Positions 1 to 8,976 of a stretch of DNA of 36,564 bases are shown here, in pieces; the stretch's first letter is position 1, and each line of letters starts with the position of its first letter. The notes under the pieces were generated by a model. The model had not been told where the DNA came from and searched no databases. It worked only from the letters and a program-made list of their open reading frames with translations. Source of the DNA: Promethearchaeota archaeon (GTDB lineage Archaea > Asgardarchaeota > Lokiarchaeia > Sigyniarchaeales > SOKP01); NCBI GenBank assembly GCA_048941265.1, contig JBHLNT010000028.1, forward strand, positions 1 to 36,564, read 5' to 3'. Made by a program: the position numbers and the translations under genes.

Positions 1-3
1 GGA

Positions 4-1671
4 TTGTTAAAATTAAAGCAGATATTAATTCTATCTCTCTTAATTCTTGTTATAGGCTGTTCTTCCTTAAATTATACGTCCATAACAAATATTAAAAACG
101 ACAGTCCCATGAGCATTAACAGAGACGTACCAAATTTATCGGATTACATTGCCTGGGAGAATAATGGAACCTTAGTTTGTAATGCTAAATACGATCAATT
201 TAGTCCCGAACTTATTTGCAACAGCGACGGGAGCGTAATTATTACATGGCATGATAATAGAGAAGGCATCCAACCAGATATTTACTCTCAAAAGGTTGCC
301 TCGAATGGAAAAAATATATGGATTCCTAACGGTACCATGATTAATAATAAAACGGGTGAACAATACGAACCCCAGATTTGCTCGGATGGGGATGGAGGCG
401 CTATTATTGTTTGGACAGATACAGAGGGTGATTATAATATTACGGCTCAGAGAATTGCATCAAATGGAACAGTAATGTGGAAGAAGAACGGTATTTCTGT
501 TTGTAATTTTACTGGTAATCAAGAGGAACCACAAATCTGCTCTGACGGAAATGAAGGTGCTATTATCGCATGGCAAGATTGGAGAGATGGGAATCTTGAT
601 ATATACGCTCAGAGACTCAATTCAAATGGAGTTAAATTATGGGGAATTAATGATACAGTAATATGTAATGCCACTGCTAGTCAATGGAATGAAAAACTCT
701 GCTATAATGGATTTGGAGATGCGATTATAACGTGGCAAGATGGGCGGACTGGAGAAGATGATATCTATGCCCAGATGATTGATTTAGATGGAAATATTCT
801 CTGGACAAAAAACGGCACCGCTATATGTAATGCAACAAATGATCAAAGTGATCCTCAAATTTGTTGTGATGGCTCCGGAGGAGCGATTATTACATGGACC
901 GATAAAAGAGGAGCAAATTGGGACATCTATGCACAAAGAATAAATTCAGATGAATCATCATTGTGGACTACAAACGGCTCTGTTATATGTAATGCAACTG
1001 ACATACAAGAAGCACCACAAATTTGCTCAGACGGTTCAGGAGGAGCAATTATCACTTGGGAAGATGCCAGAGATTATTCAATCAGTGATAAAGATGTTTA
1101 TGCTCAAAAAATTATTTCTGGAGGATATGTTGTTTGGGTAACGAATGGTGTTATTGTATGTAATGAATTTGAAGACCAATATTCTATACAGATCTGTGAA
1201 GATGGATTAGGAGGCGCGATTATCACATGGGAAGATTATAGGGATAGTTCAACAAAAGGTATAGATATTTACGCCCAAAGGATAACTTCGAGGGGAACTC
1301 GTAATTGGATTGCAAATGGTTCGATTATTTGTAATGAGCTCGATGATCAGGAAGATCCGAGAATTTGTTATGACGGACAAAGAAGAGTTACTATTACTTG
1401 GTATGACCATAGAGGTACAAATAATGATATCTATGCCCAACGCATAATACTAACGCCCCCTAGCATCTATTCAGGTGATGATGACGATGATGATGAGGAA
1501 AAAGAAGAAGATAATACAGTATTAATAGCTTTTATTGGGTTTGCTTTGATTGTAGGGATTGCGATAGGGATTTATATTTTTTATAGATACAAACCCGAAC
1601 AATTTAAAAGCATTGGAAGAAAAGCAAGAGCTCTTGGAGAAAAAGCAAAAGAGAAAATGAAAAAAGAATAA
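4..1671 (+). CDS. Secreted, membrane-anchored repeat protein (probable 8-bladed beta-propeller) with acidic linker, C-terminal TM helix and basic cytoplasmic tail
   Basis: N-terminal hydrophobic signal. Eight ~60-aa repeats with consensus vCNa...Q..PQICsDG.GGAIItW.D.R....DIYAQRI...G...W..NG. Many N-x-S/T sequons. Linker GDDDDDDEEKEED, then TM helix and K/R-rich tail. TTG start lies at the window edge, so the start is uncertain. Confidence 0.85.
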   Translation: MLKLKQILILSLLILVIGCSSLNYTSITNIKNDSPMSINRDVPNLSDYIAWENNGTLVCNAKYDQFSPELICNSDGSVIITWHDNREGIQPDIYSQKVASNGKNIWIPNGTMINNKTGEQYEPQICSDGDGGAIIVWTDTEGDYNITAQRIASNGTVMWKKNGISVCNFTGNQEEPQICSDGNEGAIIAWQDWRDGNLDIYAQRLNSNGVKLWGINDTVICNATASQWNEKLCYNGFGDAIITWQDGRTGEDDIYAQMIDLDGNILWTKNGTAICNATNDQSDPQICCDGSGGAIITWTDKRGANWDIYAQRINSDESSLWTTNGSVICNATDIQEAPQICSDGSGGAIITWEDARDYSISDKDVYAQKIISGGYVVWVTNGVIVCNEFEDQYSIQICEDGLGGAIITWEDYRDSSTKGIDIYAQRITSRGTRNWIANGSIICNELDDQEDPRICYDGQRRVTITWYDHRGTNNDIYAQRIILTPPSIYSGDDDDDDEEKEEDNTVLIAFIGFALIVGIAIGIYIFYRYKPEQFKSIGRKARALGEKAKEKMKKE

Positions 1672-1837
1672 TTATTACTAATTTATATTATAGTTTTTTT
1701 TATATCAAACTTCTTTTCGAGATCTTCAATATCTACCGTATGATACCCGAGAATAAATAAAAATCTTATTATTTAAATAAATTATGAGAAGATTATTTAA
1801 ATTGTCTAATGAATTAATTTAATTAAAGTACATAATA

Positions 1838-2374
1838 GTGATGATTGCTTTGGAAGCAAAATCTTTAATGGAGCAAGCAGTAAAATTTCATGGACATTCT
1901 TGTCCTGGTCTTGCTATAGGGGTATTAGTTTCAAAATATATACTAGACCATGGCAATGATTTTAGTATAGATGAAGAGTTGGTTGCTGTGGTGGAGAATG
2001 ATAATTGCAGTGTAGATGCGGTTCAGGCCTTATTGGGGACTACCTTTGGCAAAGGAAATTTAGTTTATCGTGATTATGGTAAAAATAATTTTACTTTTTA
2101 TAATAGAGATAATAAAAAGGCAGTGAAGCTATCTCTTAAGAATCTTAGTTTTGGAGATAGAGATTTACCCCGGGAAGAGAGAATCCAAAAGCTTCTTAAT
2201 GCAAATCCCGAAGATATTTTTAACATCGAAGAAGTTGAATTTGATCCTCCTCAATTCGCTCAAATTCATGAATCCATAATTTGCGAAAGCTGTGGAGATC
2301 CTACAATGAGCACACGCATTAAAGAATTTAAGGGTAAAAAACTTTGTATCCCCTGTTATGAAAAATTAAAGTAA
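1838..2374 (+). CDS. fmdE: FmdE-family protein (formylmethanofuran dehydrogenase subunit E-like) with C-terminal Zn finger
   Basis: FHGHSCPGLAIG and ENDNCSVDAVQ...GTTFGKGNL motifs; C-terminal CESC...CIPC. No other fmd/fwd genes nearby. Confidence 0.85.
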   Translation: MMIALEAKSLMEQAVKFHGHSCPGLAIGVLVSKYILDHGNDFSIDEELVAVVENDNCSVDAVQALLGTTFGKGNLVYRDYGKNNFTFYNRDNKKAVKLSLKNLSFGDRDLPREERIQKLLNANPEDIFNIEEVEFDPPQFAQIHESIICESCGDPTMSTRIKEFKGKKLCIPCYEKLK

Positions 2375-2486
2375 AATTTACCCCTTAAACGATATGGAAC
2401 TCTTAAAAATTAAAATATTTATTAATTACTTAATTACTAAAATTAAATATACTTTTGATGGTTTAAATTTTTAAAACTTTTATATA

Positions 2487-2927
2487 ATGATAATAAGAGA
2501 TTTTTCTGAGCATGATATTGATGAAATCACCTCTTTGATGAAAAAATTATGCAAAATGAGGGATCAGGAATTTGATGAGGAGAGGTGGAGGACTAGCTTA
2601 GAAAATCATATGAGAAAAGATCACTCAGAAGTAATAGTTGCTTTTGATAAAGATACAAACCAAGTTATAGGGATGGCACAATGCTCTATTAGAAATCCTG
2701 ACAATGGTGTTCGATTTGGATATATTTCTAATTTGATTGTGAAAGAAGAAAAAAGGAGAACTGGTATTGGAGAAAATTTAATGCGATATATCGTAGATTA
2801 TTTCAAAAAAAACCATATATCATCTGTTAGACTGTCTCTAAAAACAAATTTAGATGAAGCAGCTATTTTATTATTTATGAAATTAGGATTTCATGAACTA
2901 TTTCGGGTATATGAATTAAATATATAA
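2487..2927 (+). CDS. GNAT-family N-acetyltransferase
   Basis: YISNLIVKEEKRRTGIGENLM acetyl-CoA-binding motif A; C-terminal A..LF.KLGF. Confidence 0.9.
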   Translation: MIIRDFSEHDIDEITSLMKKLCKMRDQEFDEERWRTSLENHMRKDHSEVIVAFDKDTNQVIGMAQCSIRNPDNGVRFGYISNLIVKEEKRRTGIGENLMRYIVDYFKKNHISSVRLSLKTNLDEAAILLFMKLGFHELFRVYELNI

Positions 2928-2966
2928 TTTTAAAATGATTTTCACATAACATAAATTGAGTGTAAT

Positions 2967-4211
2967 ATGATTAAGGAAATAGAAAAGGGAAATACATTAA
3001 TCGTTAGAGGCCCAACAAGAGTCACTTTATTGAAAGGAAAGTTAGAAGTTCTAGGAAAATTGATATTTCCAGATGAGAAGGGTGATTCCTCAGATATTAC
3101 CAATCTTTCAGGTGGAAACGTAATAATTATTCCGAGTGCAAATACCCTGCCATTATTTGCGTTAGAAAAATCAAAGTTAGAAATTTATACTAATACCGAG
3201 GAAAATCTAAAGATAATTGAAGAAAACTCCATTCCAGATTCGTGGATCGATATTAAAGATTCCTTAATGAAAGTATTAAGGAATAATGAGGGAAAAGGGC
3301 AACCAATAAAAATTATGGTATTAGGTATTAGTAGTGGTAAAACAACGATAATTAAGTATTTAGCAAATAATTTTCTTAGAGAAGGATTCAAAGGGGGATA
3401 TTTAGATTCAGATCTTGGTCAACAGATTATGTATCTTCCTACCACAATTTCAATTGGAGAACTGGAGGATTTTGTAATATCAAGCGAAGATATTCATCCT
3501 GAAGATACAGTATTTATAGGAGCTACTTTCCCAAAAGGGAATTATAAGTTTATCGTTTCACAAGCCTGTAGGAACTTGATTGATAAGTATATAAAAAGCC
3601 ATAAAAATACAGATTTTATATTGATTGATACAGATGGATGGATAAAAACTGAGGCAGGAATTATTTACAAAACATTTTTCATAGAAACAGTAGATCCTGA
3701 TGTGATTATAATTTTCCATGATGAAACTGTAGAAGAAATGAAAGTATTAGAAGAACATGCGAAAAAAACACGAAAAGATAGAAAATTACATCTACTTAAA
3801 GAAAATAATCAATTTTTTTATGATAAAACTAAAGATGAGCGAAGATTTTTAAGACAAAGTCAATTTGCAAAGATTTTAGAAAGTTATAGAAAAATTACTA
3901 TTCCCATATCACAGAACGATATCCAATTTGTCAAAATGGATTATAATCCCGATACTAAGCAATCAGTTGAAAAAATCATCGAAATTGAAGATTTAATTAC
4001 GCTTCCTTATCATTATGTCATTATTTCTTTGCTTGATGAAAACTCAAATATGATCAAATTAGGGCTTCTTTTTGTAGTAAGTAGAGAGAAAGATTATGTC
4101 TTAATATTTTCAGATTTATCATATAAAGATCAAATCAGGGTTAAAAAAATTCTTCTCGGAAGTCTTAGACTTTCAACGAAAGGAAATCATCAAGGATACC
4201 TCTATTTGTAA
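2967..4211 (+). CDS. Clp1/Grc3(Nol9)-family polynucleotide 5'-OH kinase
   Basis: N-terminal beta-rich segment (TLIVRGPTRVTLLKG); P-loop-like MVLGISSGKTT; LDSDLGQ; IDTDGW; lid motif ERRFLR. Confidence 0.8.
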   Translation: MIKEIEKGNTLIVRGPTRVTLLKGKLEVLGKLIFPDEKGDSSDITNLSGGNVIIIPSANTLPLFALEKSKLEIYTNTEENLKIIEENSIPDSWIDIKDSLMKVLRNNEGKGQPIKIMVLGISSGKTTIIKYLANNFLREGFKGGYLDSDLGQQIMYLPTTISIGELEDFVISSEDIHPEDTVFIGATFPKGNYKFIVSQACRNLIDKYIKSHKNTDFILIDTDGWIKTEAGIIYKTFFIETVDPDVIIIFHDETVEEMKVLEEHAKKTRKDRKLHLLKENNQFFYDKTKDERRFLRQSQFAKILESYRKITIPISQNDIQFVKMDYNPDTKQSVEKIIEIEDLITLPYHYVIISLLDENSNMIKLGLLFVVSREKDYVLIFSDLSYKDQIRVKKILLGSLRLSTKGNHQGYLYL

Positions 4212-4323
4212 TTTTTTCACTTGTTTATTCATCCCAATTTAAAAGGGAAAGGAAAGGAACAATATGAGTTTCTTTTACCAGAAATAAAGAAAGTTTAAAT
4301 ATTTAAAGCCTTTCTAAGTTTAT

Positions 4324-5082
4324 ATGGTAAATCTAATGTTTATAGGAATGGTATATGAACTCGTCATAATCATCATTGCCTCAATTTTTTTAAGCCTCGT
4401 TTTCAGGAAATACCTTGAAAGGCGTCATAAATTAACGCTGTATTTATTTATTATTTTTTTAAATTTCGTAGTTGCTCTCATTTTTTCATGGCTCTCAAAA
4501 GTATTACGTCTGTATTCCGGTCTTGAATATTTAGTAGATCCTTCAGTTCCCGATCCTATGACTGTGGAATCTTGGTTTTTACTTAGAATTGTCAGCTTCC
4601 GTTTTACAATGATATTTACTGTTATTGCTCTCTTATATAATCACATTCTAAAAATAAACCTTTTTGAGGCAGAAGATAGTACTTCTTATAAAATCTACAA
4701 CTACGTTATCTACGGTTACGCCGGTGGATCTATTCTTTATATGTTAATTGTATATATAAAGGGAAACTATATCCTAGATCTTCTGACATTTGTATTAATT
4801 CTGATATATATATGCTTGGTCATGATCCCACTTATGAGAAGTTGTCTTGAAGCTTACAAAGCTGTGGATGATTCGTCCTTTAAAAAAGGTTTTATCTCCT
4901 TATTCTTAATGGCACTTTCCATAATACTTATTTTCGTTTGTCAGGTTATCGATCGCATTCTAATGATCATCTTGGATATCATTGGTTATACATTCTTTTA
5001 TTTCTTAGGTTGGAGTTTCGCTATAGTAGCAATCTTTTTCGCGTATTTTGGTTATATAAGTCCTAAGAGTAAAAAGGAATAA
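4324..5082 (+). CDS. Polytopic membrane protein, about 7 TM helices, function unknown
   Basis: About seven hydrophobic segments, short basic loops and a basic C-tail; no soluble domain. Confidence 0.75.
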   Translation: MVNLMFIGMVYELVIIIIASIFLSLVFRKYLERRHKLTLYLFIIFLNFVVALIFSWLSKVLRLYSGLEYLVDPSVPDPMTVESWFLLRIVSFRFTMIFTVIALLYNHILKINLFEAEDSTSYKIYNYVIYGYAGGSILYMLIVYIKGNYILDLLTFVLILIYICLVMIPLMRSCLEAYKAVDDSSFKKGFISLFLMALSIILIFVCQVIDRILMIILDIIGYTFFYFLGWSFAIVAIFFAYFGYISPKSKKE

Positions 5083-5102
5083 AATTATCTTTACAATTCT
5101 CC

Positions 5103-5114
5103 TTTTTTTTTTTT
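5103..5114 (+). terminator. Putative archaeal oligo-T terminator
   Basis: T12 run beginning about 20 nt after the stop codon at 5082. Confidence 0.4.
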
Positions 5115-5213
5115 ACTTTAAAGTTCTTGCTTCTCTTTAGATTTTCATTTTATTAAGCAAAAATTATTAATGTGCATAAAATAGATTTAATTTAACGCTT
5201 TAATTAATATTTA

Positions 5214-6671
5214 ATGATTAGTATGGATAAGGATGGACTTTCTAAATTTATTGCATTGATGTCAAATGAAATTTCATATTCAGAATCGGAATTAATCAAA
5301 CTAGGAGAATCATTTGGAATGGACTTATTTTCCACTGCTCCTATTAAAGATTCGACAGATGATGCTTTCGTGGATAAAATAAGACAGAAATCATTAGAGA
5401 TTATGGAAAAATATAAAGACAATTATTTACCTCAACCAGACTTATTTTATGCGGGTAGCATCGATTTTATGGTGTGCGATGAGCTTGAGGGAAAAAAATT
5501 CTTTCTTTTGGAGACTAACGGTGGGTCAAATAGAGGTCTTTCCTCCATAACAGAAAAGCAACAGGAAATAATATACGACGGGTATTTTGAGGCAATTGAT
5601 CAAGCGATTAAACGCAATAGTCGGGGGGATAATAAGGTTTTAATTTTAGTTGGAGTTCCCATCAATGATGGATTAATTCATGAAAAAGTCATAATGGTTG
5701 ATTATTTTAGAAAAAAATTACAAAAAAGAAATTTCATAGTAGAGATATTTGATATAAAGAATTTCAATCAAGAGCTCAACGGAGATATCGCGTTTCTCAT
5801 AGCAGATTATAAGCAATTATCTACAGTTCTTACTTTTTCGGAGAATTGGGTAACAATTCACCAGCAAAAAATAAGCGTATTAATAGGTGATGGAATTGCA
5901 AGGCGGTTGCAAGATGAGGAATTTGCGAAGTTAATAAGGGAAAATTTTCGTCAAGTTCACACGATTATCATTAATCCAGTCTTTAGAATCACAGATGATA
6001 AGTCATTAACTTATTTGGCTAGTTATTATGCAAAAGATCTATTGGAAAAATATAATCTTAAATATCTTCTTTTCACCAAAGCTTATGATGAGAAAGAATT
6101 AGTGGAGAAAATTCATCAGGTTATTACTAAATTTAAAAGACCATTCATCATTAAACCGGATGGAGGATCAGGAGGAGCTGGAGTTATTCCGATATCACCT
6201 GAAGAAGATCCCTCTAAGATTAAGAAACTTATAGAAGAAAGTAAAAATGAATTCTTTGCGAAATTCATGAAAAATAGAAATCCCTTCCCTTATACCATCC
6301 AGGAAATGGCAGACTTCTCACTCATAACACCTCCTTGGGATAAAAAAGGTAAACATACTTTCGATCTTAGAATTTATATGGCTCAGAAAGAAGGAATAGT
6401 TATACCCATAGGAGGATTAGCCAGGATTGCTAGGGAGAATTATTCAGGGAGTTTGGACAAGCAAGAATTTGTAGTAAATTTGTCAGGTTATGATGGATTC
6501 ATCGATATAAAACGCGGACGTGGCATTTCAGAAGAAATAGGCAAACTTCTAAATTTAACTTTTGATGACTATGTCAATATGTTCTGTATTGGATGTGTAA
6601 TGTTTGCAAGCATGGCTAAAAATTATCAAAAAATTATGAATTTCTCAAGTTGGGATAAAATTATCGGATAA
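5214..6671 (+). CDS. Circularly permuted ATP-grasp ligase (type 2-like)
   Basis: The normally C-terminal metal-binding motif (SIDFMV...FFLLETNGG) lies near the N-terminus. NP...DDKSLTY, IIKPDGGSGGAGV, TIQE, FDLRIY, GGLARIA and VVNLS follow, in the order known for circularly permuted ATP-grasp proteins. Confidence 0.8.
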   Translation: MISMDKDGLSKFIALMSNEISYSESELIKLGESFGMDLFSTAPIKDSTDDAFVDKIRQKSLEIMEKYKDNYLPQPDLFYAGSIDFMVCDELEGKKFFLLETNGGSNRGLSSITEKQQEIIYDGYFEAIDQAIKRNSRGDNKVLILVGVPINDGLIHEKVIMVDYFRKKLQKRNFIVEIFDIKNFNQELNGDIAFLIADYKQLSTVLTFSENWVTIHQQKISVLIGDGIARRLQDEEFAKLIRENFRQVHTIIINPVFRITDDKSLTYLASYYAKDLLEKYNLKYLLFTKAYDEKELVEKIHQVITKFKRPFIIKPDGGSGGAGVIPISPEEDPSKIKKLIEESKNEFFAKFMKNRNPFPYTIQEMADFSLITPPWDKKGKHTFDLRIYMAQKEGIVIPIGGLARIARENYSGSLDKQEFVVNLSGYDGFIDIKRGRGISEEIGKLLNLTFDDYVNMFCIGCVMFASMAKNYQKIMNFSSWDKIIG

Positions 6672-6673
6672 TC

Positions 6674-7852
6674 TTGAGCTATATGGAGCTCGAAACATTA
6701 AAAAATTTATTGGATTTAGAAAAACGAGAAATTTTATTTGATAAAATTCTTCATAAATTAAAGGAATTTGGCGATTTAGAACTTTTTAAATATGAACTAT
6801 TTAAAACTTCCGAGGGTTCTATCCCGGTAGTTTCAATTACAAAAAGTTATGAACCGAGAGAAATTAAGTTTCTTAAAGTATTCGTAGGAGCCCAGCACAA
6901 CGAATATAACGGACTTTTTGGTATCATAGAATTTTTGAATCTTGTTCAGAAGCAGAAAATCGATATAAAAGAGATTTTAGATAACCACCAAATGTTAATC
7001 TTTCTTCCATTGATGAATCCTTATGGCTTTCTAAATCCCAGAAAAGACAATAAATCGGGATACTATTTGAAAAATGGGACAAATCTCAACCGATATTGGC
7101 GTCGTACTTTTGCTCCCGAATATGAACAATTTAATGATGACCATAATGAATTTCCAATACCAGAGCATGCCAAAATTGTCAAGAAAATCCTGGAACCCTA
7201 CTGGCAAAGAGAAGAAATCTCAATTTATATTTTAGATTTTCATGAAACCTCTTTGCTTCGAAGAGATCTTAATGATTTAGCTGCGAATTTACATAGGGAG
7301 TCAATTACTTACAAATTTGACCACGTGTATAAAGATATCATCATTTTAAACGTGCTAAAAATTTATAACATCTCTAATTATCGTGAACCCTTATTTAAGA
7401 AGTGTGGGCGCAATCTCAATCATGCACATATCCAATTATCGATAAAACAATTAGATACGGTATATGAAAAACTTGTAGATTATATTTCTAATAATGCTGA
7501 CAAACTTCCGTTCTACTTTTGTTATAGCGAAAAGAGTAAAAATTATTGCCAAAAACTAGCAAATATAGTATATAATAAATTAAAAAACCGGAATATATTA
7601 TGGGAAACTTATTATCCCTCTATTAGCCATCAACATGTATATCATGGATGTATTGTGTTAATGAATGACGCCACAACACGGCCAAATGTCTATGCTTTGG
7701 AAATTGAATGCCATAAACAATTCTTCAATATATTCGATGAGATAGAAAAATCTAAGACTAAATCGCACTATTATGAAGAAAAACTAAGAAGCATTAATAT
7801 AAGTCTCGAATTGATAGTTGAGAGCATAATAGAAATGATTAAATTATTTTAA
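6674..7852 (+). CDS. M14-family zinc carboxypeptidase / deacylase-like protein
   Basis: VGAQHNE (variant of HxxE), PLMNPYG, GTNLNRYW, PE, ILDFHE, distal ALEIE. Starts 2 nt after the ATP-grasp stop (TTG 6674; alternative ATG 6683). Confidence 0.75.
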   Translation: MSYMELETLKNLLDLEKREILFDKILHKLKEFGDLELFKYELFKTSEGSIPVVSITKSYEPREIKFLKVFVGAQHNEYNGLFGIIEFLNLVQKQKIDIKEILDNHQMLIFLPLMNPYGFLNPRKDNKSGYYLKNGTNLNRYWRRTFAPEYEQFNDDHNEFPIPEHAKIVKKILEPYWQREEISIYILDFHETSLLRRDLNDLAANLHRESITYKFDHVYKDIIILNVLKIYNISNYREPLFKKCGRNLNHAHIQLSIKQLDTVYEKLVDYISNNADKLPFYFCYSEKSKNYCQKLANIVYNKLKNRNILWETYYPSISHQHVYHGCIVLMNDATTRPNVYALEIECHKQFFNIFDEIEKSKTKSHYYEEKLRSINISLELIVESIIEMIKLF

Positions 7853-8836
7853 TTACAAATTAAAAAATCTAAGAGTAGCACCAACTAAAGCTAATTCATT
7901 TTTCTTTTGCATGTGCCCCCCTTTTCTTAAGATTAATTGTTTTTCATCCGAGAGATTCAAAATCGAATTATTTTCCTCAAAATTAATGAAAGGAATGATT
8001 TTATCATTTTTAGCATGAATTAGTAAGATTTTGTCTGAAAAAATTTTCCATTCCTTTGGGGAAAGAGTATTCTTAAGTCTTTCAATAACAATAGAAGGCG
8101 AAAAATTTTGGTTTAAATCATCATCTGGAAATAAATTAACCCCTTTCATGTGATAACTGAATTTCACAATGATATTAGCTGCTGATATGCTTTTTTTATA
8201 GTGAGACATGGATGAGATGGCAACAATTTTTTTAATATTTTCATTTGGAAATCCCGCACATAAGACAGTTATAGCACCGATACTCATTCCAAGTGCATAG
8301 ATCGTAAAATGTTTTAGATCTTCAGTGCCATTAATCCATTTGATAATTGAATTAAAATCTTCTAATCTCTTTAGAAAATCTGTCCTATAACCTGTTTTTT
8401 TAGATTCCCCAATTCCCCTCGCATCATAAGCTAAAATCACATATCCTTGAAAAGCTAATGGATAATAGTAATATTGGAGGGTTTCTTTCTTATCAGAAAA
8501 ACCGGCACTTACAACAATTATTGTATTCTTAGAATTGACGGCCTCATTGTCCTTTGACGTTATTAAATTAGCATATAAAAAACCTCCATCCACATTGATT
8601 TTTACTTTTGAAGTTTCGAGATTTTTAAGATAAAGGATATCCCATCGGTCAAACCAAATATCCCTGAAAGTAAAATATATTTCAAAAGGGGCATACACCG
8701 TCAAAAAGGTGAGAACAGAAGCAATGATTAATATCCGCAAATTATTACCCCAAGAAGCATTTACATACCATATGAATGCGCTCACTAGGAACGCGATTAT
8801 AATGACAATGATACGCTTATGGGTTTTGGTGAGCAA
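7853..8836 (-). CDS. Membrane-anchored alpha/beta hydrolase
   Basis: Two N-terminal TM helices; YDARGIGES; nucleophile elbow GMSIG; HAKNDKII (Asp); GGH (His). Confidence 0.88.
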   Translation of the reverse strand: MLTKTHKRIIVIIIAFLVSAFIWYVNASWGNNLRILIIASVLTFLTVYAPFEIYFTFRDIWFDRWDILYLKNLETSKVKINVDGGFLYANLITSKDNEAVNSKNTIIVVSAGFSDKKETLQYYYYPLAFQGYVILAYDARGIGESKKTGYRTDFLKRLEDFNSIIKWINGTEDLKHFTIYALGMSIGAITVLCAGFPNENIKKIVAISSMSHYKKSISAANIIVKFSYHMKGVNLFPDDDLNQNFSPSIVIERLKNTLSPKEWKIFSDKILLIHAKNDKIIPFINFEENNSILNLSDEKQLILRKGGHMQKKNELALVGATLRFFNL

Positions 8837-8976
8837 TTCTTTTCATCACATACTAAAATTATATTAATGGAGATGAATAATTTTCTAAACAAAAAAATAA
8901 AATTTTAAAAGGAATTAAAGTCTTTAGAAAAAATCAAATAATCGTATTAACTCAATTTCAACTGGAATATTTAGCT

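Noticed and set aside
46-66. Lipobox-like LVIGC in the first ORF
   Set aside because: The protein already has a C-terminal TM anchor, and the other surface protein has no equivalent; it cannot be distinguished from an ordinary signal peptide.
4324-5082. Microbial rhodopsin / heliorhodopsin
   Set aside because: No retinal-binding Lys (DxxxK/SxxxK) in the last TM helix.
5214-6671. Calling the ATP-grasp protein a true tubulin-tyrosine-ligase (TTLL) orthologue because of FDLRIY
   Set aside because: Motif order is permuted, and DDK, GGLxR and VVNxS fit the circularly permuted family better; TTLLs are not permuted.
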